A stretch of DNA of 64,000 bases from NCBI GenBank assembly GCA_964016885.1, contig OZ024740.1, positions 428,296,001-428,360,000 of the forward strand, read 5' to 3'. Below are positions 52,277-64,000 of the stretch, piece by piece. Within the stretch, counting starts at the first letter, position 1. Each line of letters starts with the position of its first letter. The notes under the pieces are model-generated. The model was given only the letters and a program-made list of their open reading frames with translations. It had not been told where the DNA came from and searched no databases. The position numbers and the translations under genes are program-made. This DNA is from Eledone cirrhosa (lineage: Eukaryota).

Positions 52277-52900
52277 ATACTTTGGGAGGGTCATGTTGCC
52301 AATAAGAAACACACGCACCAGTTGCTTTCACTTCAATTTAATTTAATATATATTTATAAATTTACAAATTTATAAATTTCTGGTTGGTTGGTTGGTTCCA
52401 CAACCAGATAGTTGTTTATATATATATAGTCATAGTTCTTTCGTCACACACTCTGTGACCTCTTCAGTGACTGGGGATTTCTTTCTTCGTTTCTGTGCCT
52501 TTCCTTTCTTCTATCCTACGCCATTTTGTTTGTGTGTGGGTTGCGTGCTCAGTTTGCGCAAACTGAGCACGCAACCCACACACAAACAAAATGGCGTAGG
52601 ATAGAAGAAAGGAAAGGCACAGAAACGAAGAAAGAAATCCCCAGTCACTGAAGAGGTCACAGAGTGTGTGACGAAAGAACTATGACTATATATATATAAA
52701 CAACTATCTGGTTGTGGAACCAACCAACCAACCAGAAATTTATAAATTTGTAAATTTATAAATATATATTAAATTAAATTGAAGTGAAAGCAACTGGTGC
52801 GTGTGTTTCTTATTGGCAACATGACCCTCCCAAAGTATAACAATATCGGTTTCAACACACGATTTCAGATAAAGAATCTTGCTAAACAAATTCAGAAACG
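52269..52900. mobile_element. Fold-back element, family A: spacer-less ~578-bp palindrome (52269-52846) plus 54-bp tail
   Basis: Centre gctcagtttgc|gcaaactgagc at 52557/52558; identical ORFs on both strands (52392-52604 +, 52511-52723 -); (TA)n flanks. Confidence 0.92.
52643..52687 (+). ncRNA. Minimal type I hammerhead ribozyme (mirror copy on minus 52428-52472)
   Basis: agtca-CTGAAGA-g-gtcaca-gagtg-tgtgac-GAAA-gaac-TA-tgact; 5-bp stem I, 6-bp stem II, CUA triplet. Confidence 0.72.
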
Positions 52901-53016
<116 letters not shown>

Positions 53017-53326
53017 GGTAAACAGAAATACCAACACAATCGGTACAGTGTATGGAAAAGTAAATATTAGGTTAACGCTTGATATAGCAGGAAGAGGATC
53101 CTAGCATTTCGGACGCTAGTCCTTCATCAGAAGAAAGAATGAGAAATAAGGTAGATTGAATTGCCGAACACTGTATGGCGTAATTCGGGCTGTTTGTTTA
53201 CAAACAAACCGAGCATTATAATAAATGTTCGGTAAACCCATATGTACATATATACGTGTGTGTGCATGTATGTATGTATATTCATACTACTGTACGGCTG
53301 TATACATATATGTATGTACGTATACA

Positions 53327-53387
<61 letters not shown>

Positions 53388-53671
53388 GAATAGAATGAAA
53401 TGAAATTTCATTTCTCACTCTTAGTACGGCACTTACTTAAATGTTAGTATGTATGTATACGTACATACATATATGCATACAGACGTACAGTAGCATGTAT
53501 ATATATATATATATATACATACAGGCACACATATATATATCTACGTATCAGTTTAGCGAACATTTATTATAATGCTCGCTTTGTTCGTTTGTAAACAAAC
53601 GGACAGCCTGGTTTATGCCGTATGGTGTTAAGGCAACCACGTCACCTTTTTGTTCAACACTGACACAGGAA

Positions 53672-53712
53672 CGATGTACTAGTTTCAAGCTTGTTACCTA
53701 TCGTCAGCACCG
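53672..53712 (-). ncRNA. Type I hammerhead ribozyme (stem II with one mismatch)
   Basis: Minus strand cggtg-CTGACGA-t-aggt-aaca-agct-t-GAAA-ctag-TA-catcg. Confidence 0.7.
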
Positions 53713-54143
53713 TATACCCTTCTGCCAGATGGTTGAACTTTCGAAAGTATATACTTTCCTTATGAAAATTAACGGCTGAGCAGCCTAATTTGCATATCGA
53801 GTGAGTTCAATCGGCCAGGCGCACCGGAAACGATAAAATGGAATAGAATGAAATGAAATTTCATTTCTCACTCTTAGTACGGCACTTACTTAAATGTAAG
53901 TATGTATGTATACTGTACGTCTGTATGCATATATGTATGTACGTATACATACATTCTTACATTTAAGTAAGTGCCGTACTAAGAGTGAGAAATGAAATTT
54001 CATTTCATTCTATTCCATTTTATCGTTTTCGGTGCGCCTGGCCGACTGAACTCACTCGATATGCAAATTAGGCTGCTCAGCCTTTAATTTTCATAAGGAA
54101 AGTATATACTTTCGAACGTTCAAACATCTGGCAGAAGGGTATA

Positions 54144-54184
54144 CGGTGCTGACGATAGCTAACAAGCTTGAAACTAGTACATCG
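54144..54184 (+). ncRNA. Minimal type I hammerhead ribozyme, intact core
   Basis: cggtg-CTGACGA-t-agct-aaca-agct-t-GAAA-ctag-TA-catcg; palindromic stem III ACTAGT; GUA cleavage after 54179. Confidence 0.8.
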
Positions 54185-54335
54185 TTCTTGTGTCAGTGTT
54201 GAACAAAAAGGTGACGTGGTTGCCTTAACACCGTACGGCATAAATCAGGCTGTCCGTTTGTTTACAAACGAACAAAGCGAGCATTATAATAAATGTGCGC
54301 TAAACTGATACGTAAAATATATATATGTGTGCCTG

Positions 54336-54385
<50 letters not shown>

Positions 54386-54625
54386 TACATGCTACTGTAC
54401 GTCTGTATGCATATATGTATGTACGTATACATACATACATACATTTAAGTAAGTGCCGTACTAAGAGTGAGAAATGAAATTTCATTTCATTCTATTCCAT
54501 TTTATCGTTTTCGGTGCGCCTGGCCGACTGAACTCACTCGATATGCAAATTAGGGTGCTCAGCCGTTAATTTTCATAAGGAAAGTATATACTTTCGAACG
54601 TTCAACCATCTGGCAGAAGGGTATA

Positions 54626-54666
54626 CGGTGCTGACGATAGCTAACAAGCTTGAAACTAGTACATCG
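54626..54666 (+). ncRNA. Minimal type I hammerhead ribozyme, intact core
   Basis: Identical to 54144-54184, 482 bp downstream; GUA cleavage after 54661. Confidence 0.8.
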
Positions 54667-54817
54667 TTCCTGTGTCAGTGTTAAACAAAAAGGTGACGTG
54701 GTTGCCTTAACACCGTACGGCATAAATCAGGCTGTCCGTTTGTTTACAAACGAACAAAGCGAGCATTATAATAAATGTGCGCTAAACTGATACGTACATA
54801 TATATATGTGTGCCTGC

Positions 54818-54863
<46 letters not shown>

Positions 54864-54912
54864 GCTACTGTACGTCTGTATGCATATATGTATGTACGTA
54901 TACATACATACT

Positions 54913-55061
<149 letters not shown>

Positions 55062-56120
55062 ATTGTGGTAGAACACTGAGAGGTTATATCTGTAGCATTA
55101 GAGCACTCAGTTCATAGGATGAGTTCAGTATAAGTTGGTTGCACAACAGTTAATTAACCACAATGTCCCTATAATGGTTAATCAGCTGTTGTGGAACTGG
55201 GTGCCCTTCCTAACACCAACCACATTTACAGTGTGGGCGCTGGCAGCCTTTTTACTGGCTCCTACACGACTACTTTACAGTGTGGACTGGGCGCTTTTTG
55301 ACCACTTTATAGTGGCTGTAAATGGGAGGATAGAGCAGGGTGTGTATATATAATTGTGGGTTTATGTGTTCATGTATGTATGTTTATTGTTGAGTGTATG
55401 TGGTGTATATACAAATGGGTGTGTGGATTCATGTGTGTATGTGTACATGTGTGCATATACAAGTGTTGTTATGATTGTGTGTACGATATGAGTATGTTTG
55501 TGTACATACACATGTCTATGTGTGTGTGTGTGAGTGTGAGTGTGTAACCTTGAAAGTTTGAGATGTTTGACACATTGCCTGTCGGCCGAACAAACTCTAC
55601 ACAGAAACACGTAGAAACGACTGGATGCAATGTTTTCCATTTAGACATCATGTCACGTGCGTCAATCTACACCAGCCATAAAGTGACTTTAATATAGGCA
55701 AATTATTGCCCGCTAACAAATGCACACACACACACACACAGACACACAGACACGCACAGACATACCCACATATATATATATATATATCTGTGTGTGTATT
55801 TGCGTGTTTGTGTGTTTATACATATATATATAAACACATATATGTATACATATATAAACACACACACACACACATATATATACATATACATATATTAATA
55901 TATATACAGTGTATATATATATCTATCTAACATGTATATGCATTGTATATATATATATACAGTGTATATATATATCTATCTAAGATATATGTACACTGTA
56001 TATATATATATATATATATATACACAGTGTATATATATATATATCTAACATATATGTACACTATATATATACACACACAGTGTATATATATATATATCTA
56101 ACATATATGTACACTATATA

Positions 56121-56646
56121 TGGTGGCTGCCAACTCGTTTTCGAGTATGGCCACTACTTTATATCCATGTAGGAGAACTTCTACCGATGCGCTGAACGAA
56201 TGTGACTTTAGTCCAGCCAGCGACTTGAAAACTCTGGTACAAACACTACACTTGTGACAATTATTGACACATAGTGCTAGGCCCATGGTACCATGTAACG
56301 ACAAGTGCAGAGAGATCTCCAGATATAAAGCAATGCCTGTGCCGTGAAGCTTTTATAGTGAGCAAAGGCACTGCACAAAGCCAGTCCCACTCTCTTAACC
56401 AAGATGATATTTACCAAAAAGAAGAACAAGTCAACATCATTGGATACCATCAGGGTTGCAGGTCTAATATCAGAGTTTTCCTTCTCCTAGAATTCTGCCT
56501 TGACAAAGACTAAGGGGTCATCTCTCCCGGTGATTTTGGATGGCCTTTGCCCTTTGACAGGTTTTGTTTTTAGTCCTGCAGGATGTCCAAAGTCACCCTC
56601 CTCACCAAGTAACCTTGGTGGGGTTGCCAGTTTAGTCGCCAACGAC
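56121..56646 (-). mobile_element. Internally deleted RTE-clade LINE (5' UTR joined to 3' end)
   Basis: 5' UTR homologous to 23728-23990 with ctaggagaaggaaaactctga; 3' part translates CSVCTRVFKSLAGLKSH (RTE/BovB-type C-terminal zinc-finger motif). Sits in a tatctaacatatatgtacac minisatellite. Confidence 0.65.
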
Positions 56647-56872
56647 TATGTGTATATATATATCTATCTAACATATATGTACACTATATATATATACACA
56701 GTGTATATATATATATATATATCTAACAAATATATACACTGTATATATATATATATATATACAGTGTAGATATATATATATAACATGTATGTATATCACA
56801 GACGCCGTGACATGTCAGAGTCTCGTCAGTCTTGTGATAACCTTTCGCTTCTTTCTAACTAGTTTAATCGAC

Positions 56873-59800
56873 ACTCTCTCTCTTGATCTTCTCTCTCTTG
56901 GACTTCTCTCTCTCTCTTGGTCTTCACTCACTCTCTTGGTCTTCTCTCTCTCTCTTGGACTTCTCTCTCTCTCTTGGTCTTCACTCACTCTCTTGGTCTT
57001 CACTCTCTCTCTTGGTCTTCTCTCTCTCTCTTGGTCTTCTCTCTCTTGGACTTCTCTCTCTCTCTTGGTCTTCACTCTCTCTCTTGGTCTTCTCTCTCTC
57101 TCTTGGTCTTCTCTCTCTTGGACTTCTCTCTCTCTCTTGGTCTTCACTCTCTCTCTTGGTCTTCTCTCTCTCTCTTGGATTCCACTCTCTCTCTTGGTCT
57201 TCTCTCTCTCACTTGGACTTCTCGCTCTCTCTTGGTCTTCACTCACTCTCTTGGTCTTCTCTCTCTCTCTTGGCCTTCTCTCTCTCTCTTGGTCTTCACT
57301 CACTCTCTTGGTCTTCACTCTCTCCCTTGGTCTTCACTTTCTCTCTTGGTCTTCTCTCTCTCTCTTGGTTTTCTCTCTCTTGGACTTCTCTCTCTCTCTT
57401 GGTCTTCACTCACTCTCTTGGTCTACTCTCTCTCTCTTGGTCTTCTCTCTCTTGGACTTCTCTCTCTCTCTCTTGGTCTTCACTCTCTCTCTTGGTCTTC
57501 TCTCTCTCTCTTGGTCTTCACTCTCTCTCTTGGTCTTCACTCTCTCTCTTGGTCTTCACTCTCTCTCTTGGTCTTCACTCTCTCTCTTGGTCTTCTCCCT
57601 CTCTCTTGTTCTTCACTCTCCCTCTTGGTCTTCTCTCTCTTGGACTTCTCTCTCTCTCTTGGTCTTCACTCACTCTCTTGGTCTTCACTCTCCCTCTTGG
57701 TCTTCTCTCTCTCTCTTGGTCTTCACTCTCTCTCTTGGTCTTCACTCTCTCTCTTGGTCTTCTCTCTCTCTCTTGGTCTTCTCTCTCTCTCTCTCTCTTG
57801 GTCTTCACTCACTTTCTTGGTCTTCTCTCACTCTCTTGGTCTTCACTCTCTCTCTTGGTCTTCACTCTCTCTCTTGGTCTTCTCTCTCTCTCTTGGTCTT
57901 CACTCTCTCTCTTGGTCTTCTCTGTCTCTCTTGGTCTTCACTCTCTCTCTTGGTCTTCTCTCTCTCTCTCTTGGACGTCTCTCTCTCTCTTGGTCTTCAC
58001 AAACTCTCTCTCTTGGTCTTCACACTCTCTCTTGGTCTTCTTTCTCTCTCTTGGTCTTCACTCTCTCTCTTTGTCTTCTCTGTCTCTCTTGGTCTTCACT
58101 CTCTCTCTTGGTCTTCTCTCTCTCTCTCTTGGACGTCTCTCTCTCTCTTGGTCTTCACAAACTCTCTCTCTTGGTCTTCACTCTCTCTCTTGGTCTTCAA
58201 TCTCTCTTGGTCTTCTCTCTCTCTATTGGTCTTCTCTCTCTCTATTGGTCTTCACTCTCTCTCTTGGTCTTCTCTCTCTCTCTTGGTCTTCACTCTCTCT
58301 CTTGGTCTTCTCTCTCTCTCTTCGTCTTCTCTCTCTCTCTTGGTCTTCACACTCTCTCTTGGTCTTCTCTCTCTCTCTTCGTCTTCACTCTCTCTCTCTT
58401 GGTCTTCTCTCTCTCTCTTGGACTTCTCTCTCTCTCTTGGTCTTCTGTCTCTCTCTTGGACTTCTCTCTCTCTCTTGGTCTTCACTCACTCTCTTGGTCT
58501 TCACTCTCTCTCTTGGTCTTCTCTCTCTCACTTGGTCTTCACTCTCTCTCTTGGTCTTCTCTCTCTCACTTGGTCTTCACTCTCTCTCTTGGTCTTCTCT
58601 CTTTCTCTTGGCATTCTCTCTCTCTCTTGGTCTTCTCTCACAATCCTTGTCTTCTCTTACTCTCTTGGTCTTCTCTCTCTCTCTTGGTCTTCTCTCACTC
58701 TCTTGGACTTCTCTCACTCTCTTGGCCTTCTCTCTCTCTCTTGGTCTTCTCTCACTGTCTTGGACTTCTCTCACTCTCTTGGCCTTCTCTCTCTCTCTTG
58801 GTCTTCACTCATTCTCTTGGTCTTCAATCTCTCTCTCTTGGTCTTCTCTCTCTCTATTGGTCTTCACTCTCTCTCTTGGTCTTCTCTCTCTCACTTGGTC
58901 TTCACTCTCTCTCTTGGTCTCCTCTCTTTCTCTTGGCATTCTCTCTCTCTCTTGGTCTTCTCTCACAATCCTTGTCTTCTCTCACTCTCTTGGTCTTCTC
59001 TCTCTCTTTTGGTCTTCTCTCACTCTCTTGGACTTCAATCTCTCTCTTTGTCTTCTCTCTCTCTCTTGGCCTTCACTCGCTCTCTTGGTCTTCACTCTCT
59101 CTCTTGGTCTTCTCTCTCTCTCTCTTGGTCTTCACTGTCTCTCTTGGTCTTCTCTCTCTCTATTGTTCTTCTCTCTCTCTTGGTCTTTTCTCTCTCTCTT
59201 GGTCTTCACTCTCTCTCTTGATCTTCTCTCTCTCTATTGTTCTTCTCTCTCTCTCTCTTGGTCTTCTCTCACACTCTTGGTCTTCTCTCTCTCTCTTGGT
59301 CTTCTCTCACTCACTTGGTCTTCTCTCACTATCTTGGACTTCTCTCACTCTCTTGGTCTTCTCTCTCTCTTTTGGTCTTCTCTCACTCTCTTGGACTTCA
59401 ATCTCTCTCTTTGTCTTCTCTCTCTCTCTTGGTCTTCACTCTCTCTCTTGGTTTTCACTCTCTCTCTTGGTCTTCTCTCTCTTTCTTGGTCTTCACTCAC
59501 TCTCTTGGTCTTCTCTCTCTCTATTGTTCTTCTCTCTCTCTCTTGGTCTTCACTCTCACACTTGGTCTTCTCTCTCTCTCTTAGTCTTCTCTCACTCTCC
59601 TGGTCTTCTCTCACTCTCTTGGTCTTCTCTCTCTCTCTTGGTCTTCTCTCACTCACTTGGTCTTCTCTCACTATCTTGGACTTCTCTCACTCTCTTGGTC
59701 TTCTCTCTCTCTCTCTCTTCGTCTTCTCTCTCTCTCTCTCTCTCTTCGTCTTCTCTCTCTCTCTTCGTCTTCACTCACTCTCTTGGTCTTCTCTCATGCT

Positions 59801-62800
59801 CTTGGACTTCCCTCACTCACTTGGTCTTCTCTCACTCTCTTGGTCTTCTCTCTCTCTCTTGGTCTACTCTCTCTCTCTCGGTCTTCTCTCTCTCTCTTGG
59901 TCTTCTCTCTCTTGGTCTTCTCTCACTGTCATTGTCTTCTCTCACTCTCTTGGTCTTCTCTCTCTCTCTTGGTCTTCTCTCTCTCTCTTTTGGTCTTCTC
60001 TCTCTCTCTCTCTTGTTCTTCTCTCTCTCATTTGGTCTTCTCTCTCTCTCTTGGCCTTCTCTCTCACTCTCTTGGTCTTCTCTCACTCTCTTGGTCTTCT
60101 CTAACTCTCTTGGTCTTCTCTCACTCTCTTAGTCTTCTCTCTCTCTCTTGGTCTTCTCTCACTCTCTTGGTCTTCTCTCACTCTCTTGGTCTTCTCTCTC
60201 TCTCTTGGTCTTCTCTCTCTCTCTTGTTCTTCTCTCTCTCACTTGGTCTTCTCTCTCTATCTTGGTCTTCACTCTCTCTCTCTTGGTCTTCTCTCACTCT
60301 CTTGGTCTTCTCTCTCTCTCTCTTGGTCTTGTCTCACTCACTTGGTCTTCTCTCACTCTCTTGGACTTCTCTCACTCTCCTGGTCTTCTCTCTCTCTCTT
60401 GTTCTTCTCTCTCTCTCTTGGTCTTCTCTCATTCTCTTGGACTTCTCTCTTTCTCTTGGTCTTCTCTCTATCTCTTGGTCTTCTCTCATTCTCTTGGTCT
60501 TCTATTCTATCTCTCTAGGTCTTTCTCTCTCTTGGACTTCTCTCACTCTCTTGGTCTTCACTCTCACTCTCTTGGTCTTCTCTCTCTCTCTTGGTCTTCT
60601 CTCTCTCTCTTGGTCTTCTATCTCTCTCTTGTTCTTCTCTCACTCACTTGGTCTTCTCTCTCTCTCTTGGTCTTCTCTCTCTTGGTCTTCTCTCACTGTC
60701 ATTGTCTTCTCTCACTCTCTTGGTCTTCTCTCTCTCTTTTGGTCTTCTCTCTCTCTCACTTGGTCTTCTCTCTATATCTTGGACTTCTCTCACTCTCTTG
60801 GTCTTCTCTCTCTCTCTCTCTTCGTCTTCTCTCTCTCTCTTGGTCTTCACTCACTCTCTTGGTTTTCTCTCACTCTCTTGGTCTTCTCTCATTCTCTTGG
60901 ACTTCCCTCACTCTCCTGGTCTTCTCACACTCTCTTGGTCTTCTCTCTCTCTCTCTTGGTCTTCTCTCTCTCTCTTGGTCTTCGCTCTCTCTCTTGGTCT
61001 TCTCTCTCTTGGTCTTCTCTCACTCTCATTGTCTTCTCTCACTCTCTTGGTCTTCTCTCTCTCTCTTGGTCTTCTCTCTCTCTCTTTTGGTCTTCTCACT
61101 CTCTCACATGTTCTTCTCTCTCTCATTTGGTCTTCTCTCTCTCTCTTGGCCTTCTCTCTCACTCTCTTGGTCTTCTCTCACTCTCTTGGATTTCTCTCAC
61201 TCTCCTGGTCTTCTCTCTCTCTCTTGGTCTTCTCTCTCTCTCTTGGTCTTCTCTCTCTTTCTCTCTCTCTCTTGTTCTTCTCTCTATCTCTTGGTCTTCT
61301 CTCATTCTCTTGGTCTTCTATTCTATCTCTCTAGGTCTTTCTCTCTCTTGGACTTCTCTCACTCTCTTGGTCTTCACTCTCACTCTCGTGGTCTTCTCTC
61401 TCTCTCTCTTGGTCTTCTCTCTCTCTCTTGGTCTTCTATCTCTCTCTTGTACTTCTCTCACTCACTTGGTCTTCTCTCTCTCTCTTGGTCTTCTCTCACT
61501 CTCTTTGGCTTCTCTCTCTCTCTTGTTCTTCACTCTCTCTCTTGGTCTTCACTCACTCTCTTGGTCTTCTCTCACTCTCTTGGTCTTCTCTCTCTCTCTT
61601 GGTCTTCTATCTCTCTCTTGTTCTTCTCTCACTCTCTTGGTCTTCTCTCACTCTCTTGGTCTTCTCTCTCTCTCTCTTGGTCTTCTCTCTCTCTCTTGGT
61701 CTTCGCTCTCTCTCTTGGTCTTCTCTCTCTTGGTCTTCTCTCACTCTCATTGTCTTCTCTCACTCTCTTGGTCTTCTCTCTCTCTCTTGGTCTTCTCTCT
61801 CTCTCTTTTGGTCTTCTCACTCTCTCACATGTTCTTCTCTCTCTCATTTGGTCTTCTCTCTCTCTCTTGGCCTTCTCTCTCACTCTCTTGGTCTTCTCTC
61901 ACTCTCTTGGTCTTCTCTAACTCTCTTGGTCTTCTCTCACTCTCTTAGTCTTCTCTCTCTCTCTTGGTCTTCTCTCACTCTCTTGGTCTTCTCTCTCTCT
62001 CTTGTTCTTCTCTCACTCTCTTGGTCTTCTCTCTCTCTCTTGGTCTTCTCTCTCTCTCTTGTTCTTCTCTCTCTCACTTGGTCTTCTCTCTCTATCTTGG
62101 TCTTCACTCTCTCTCTCTTGGTCTTCTCTCACTCTCTTGGATTTCTCTCACTCTCCTGGTCTTCTCTCTCTCTCTTGGTCTTCTCTCTCTCTCTTGGTCT
62201 TCTCTCTCTTTCTCTCTCTCTCTTGTTCTTCTCTCTATCTCTTGGTCTTCTCTCATTCTCTTGGTCTTCTATTCTATCTCTCTAGGTCTTTCTCTCTCTT
62301 GGACTTCTCTCACTCTCTTGGTCTTCACTCTCACTCTCGTGGTCTTCTCTCTCTCTCTCTTGGTCTTCTCTCTCTCTCTTGGTCTTCTATCTCTCTCTTG
62401 TACTTCTCTCACTCACTTGGTCTTCTCTCTCTCTCTTGGTCTTCTCTCACTCTCTTTGGCTTCTCTCTCTCTCTTGTTCTTCACTCTCTCTCTTGGTCTT
62501 CACTCACTCTCTTGGTCTTCTCTCACTCTCTTGGTCTTCTCTCTCTCTCTTGGTCTTCTATCTCTCTCTTGTTCTTCTCTCACTCTCTTGGTCTTCTCTC
62601 ACTCTCTTGGTCTTCTCTCACTCTCTTGGGCTTCTCTCCCTCTCTTGTTCTTCACTCTCTCTCTTGGTCTTCACTCACACTCTTGGTCTTCTCTCACTCT
62701 CTTGGTCTTCTCTCTCTCTCTTGGTCTTCTCTCACTCACTTGGTCTTCTCTCACTCTCTTGGACTTCTCTCACTCTCTTGGTCTTCTCTCTCTCTCTTGG

Positions 62801-64000
62801 TCTTCTCTCACTCACTTGGTCTTCTCTCACTCTCTTGGATTTCTCTCACTCTCTTGGTCTTCTCTCTCTCTCTTGGTCTTCTCTCACTCACTTGGTCTTC
62901 TCTCACTCACTTGGTCTTCTCTCACTATCTTGGACTTCTCTCACTCTCTTGGTCTTCTCTCTCTCTCTCTCTCTCTCTCTCGGTCTTCTCTCTCTCTCTT
63001 GGTCTTCACTCACTCTCTTGGTCTTCTCTCACTCTCTTGGTCTTCTCTCACTCTCTTGGACTTCCCTCACTCTCTTGGTCTTCTCTCACTCTCTTGGTCT
63101 TCTCTCTCTCGTTTGGTCTTCTCTCTCTCTCTTGGTTTTCTCTCTCTCTCTTGGTCTTCTCTCTCTTGGTCTTCTCTCACTCTCATGGTTTTCTCTCACT
63201 CTCTTGGTCTTCTCTCTCTCTCTTGGTCTTCTCTCTCTCTCTCTTGGTCTTCTCTCTCTCTCTTGGTCTTCTCTCACTCACTTGGTCTTCTCTCACTATA
63301 TGTGACTGCTCTCACTCTCTTGGTCTTCTCTCTCTCGCTCTCTCGGTCTTCTCTCTCTCTCTTGGTCTTCTCTCTCTCTCTCTCTTGGTCTTCTTTCTCC
63401 AACTTGGTCTTCTCTCTCTCTCTTGGTCTTCTCTCTCACTCTTTTGGTCTTCTCTCTCTCTCTCGGTCTTCTCTCTCTCTCTCTCTTGGTCTTCTCTCTC
63501 TCTCTTGGTCTTCTCTCACTCACTTGGTCTTCTCTCACTATCTTGGACTGCTCTCACTCTCTTGGTCTTCTCTCTCTCTCTCTCTCGGTCTTCTCTCACT
63601 CTCTTGGTCTTCTCTCACTCTCTTAGTCTTCTCTCTCTCTTGGTCTTCTCTCACTCTCTTGGTCTTCTCTCACTCTCTCTTGGTCTTCTCTCTCTCTCTT
63701 GTTCTTCTCTCTCTTACTTGGTCTTCTCTCTCTATCTTGGTCTTCACTCTCTCTCTTGGTCTTCTCTCACTCTCTTGGTCTTCTCTCTCTCTCTCTTGGT
63801 CTTGTCTCAATCAATTGGTCTTCTCTCTGTCTCTTGGTCTTCTCTCTCTCCCTCTCTTGTTCTTCACTCTCTCTCTTGGTCTTCTCTCTCTCACTTGGAC
63901 TTCTCTCTCTCTCTTCGTCTTCACTCACTCTCTTGGTCTTCTCTCTCTCTCTTGGCCTTCTCTCTCTCTCTTGGGCTTCACTCACTCTCTTGGTCTTCAC
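56873..64000. repeat. CT-rich satellite, ~16-24-bp monomer (ctctctctcttggtctt), running off the window end
   Basis: Hundreds of tandem monomers; internal block duplications of 721 bp and 951 bp (identical ORF starts at 60908/61629 and 61428/62379). Confidence 0.97.

Noticed and set aside
52392-52723. Identical 70-aa ORFs on both strands
   Set aside because: A consequence of the DNA palindrome, not a gene pair.
56789-63626. Very long Leu/Ser-rich ORFs (up to 1073 aa)
   Set aside because: Translations of the ctctcttggtctt satellite, open in several frames at once because the repeat lacks stop codons.

Overview
Eukaryotic, AT- and microsatellite-rich non-genic DNA. The SINE repertoire and the (TA)n/(CA)n/(GA)n density suggest a cephalopod (octopus-like) genome, which is an inference. 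No host protein-coding gene can be supported. Content: (i) a near full-length but mutated Tx1/L1-type LINE (31571-37268, minus) plus two 3' fragments of a related family, all ending in (TCTA)n; (ii) a young, apparently non-autonomous LTR element (14475-17152; 553-bp LTRs, tRNA-Trp PBS); (iii) a truncated Penelope-like (PLE) GIY-YIG ORF (9835-10792); (iv) non-autonomous Helitrons joined head-to-tail, Tc1/mariner and piggyBac MITEs, RTE remnants and many tRNA-SINEs; (v) two multi-kb CT-rich satellites, one with a 2122-bp higher-order repeat. The main finding is a dense population of small non-coding fold-back (palindromic) elements from several different sequence families, nearly all sitting in (TA)n tracts. 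Most carry a minimal type I hammerhead ribozyme (CUGANGA...GAAA...NUH). They include a spacer-less ~578-bp palindrome and a retrozyme-like 482-bp tandem unit bounded by intact hammerheads. Ribozyme calls come from manual base-pairing, and no activity has been shown.
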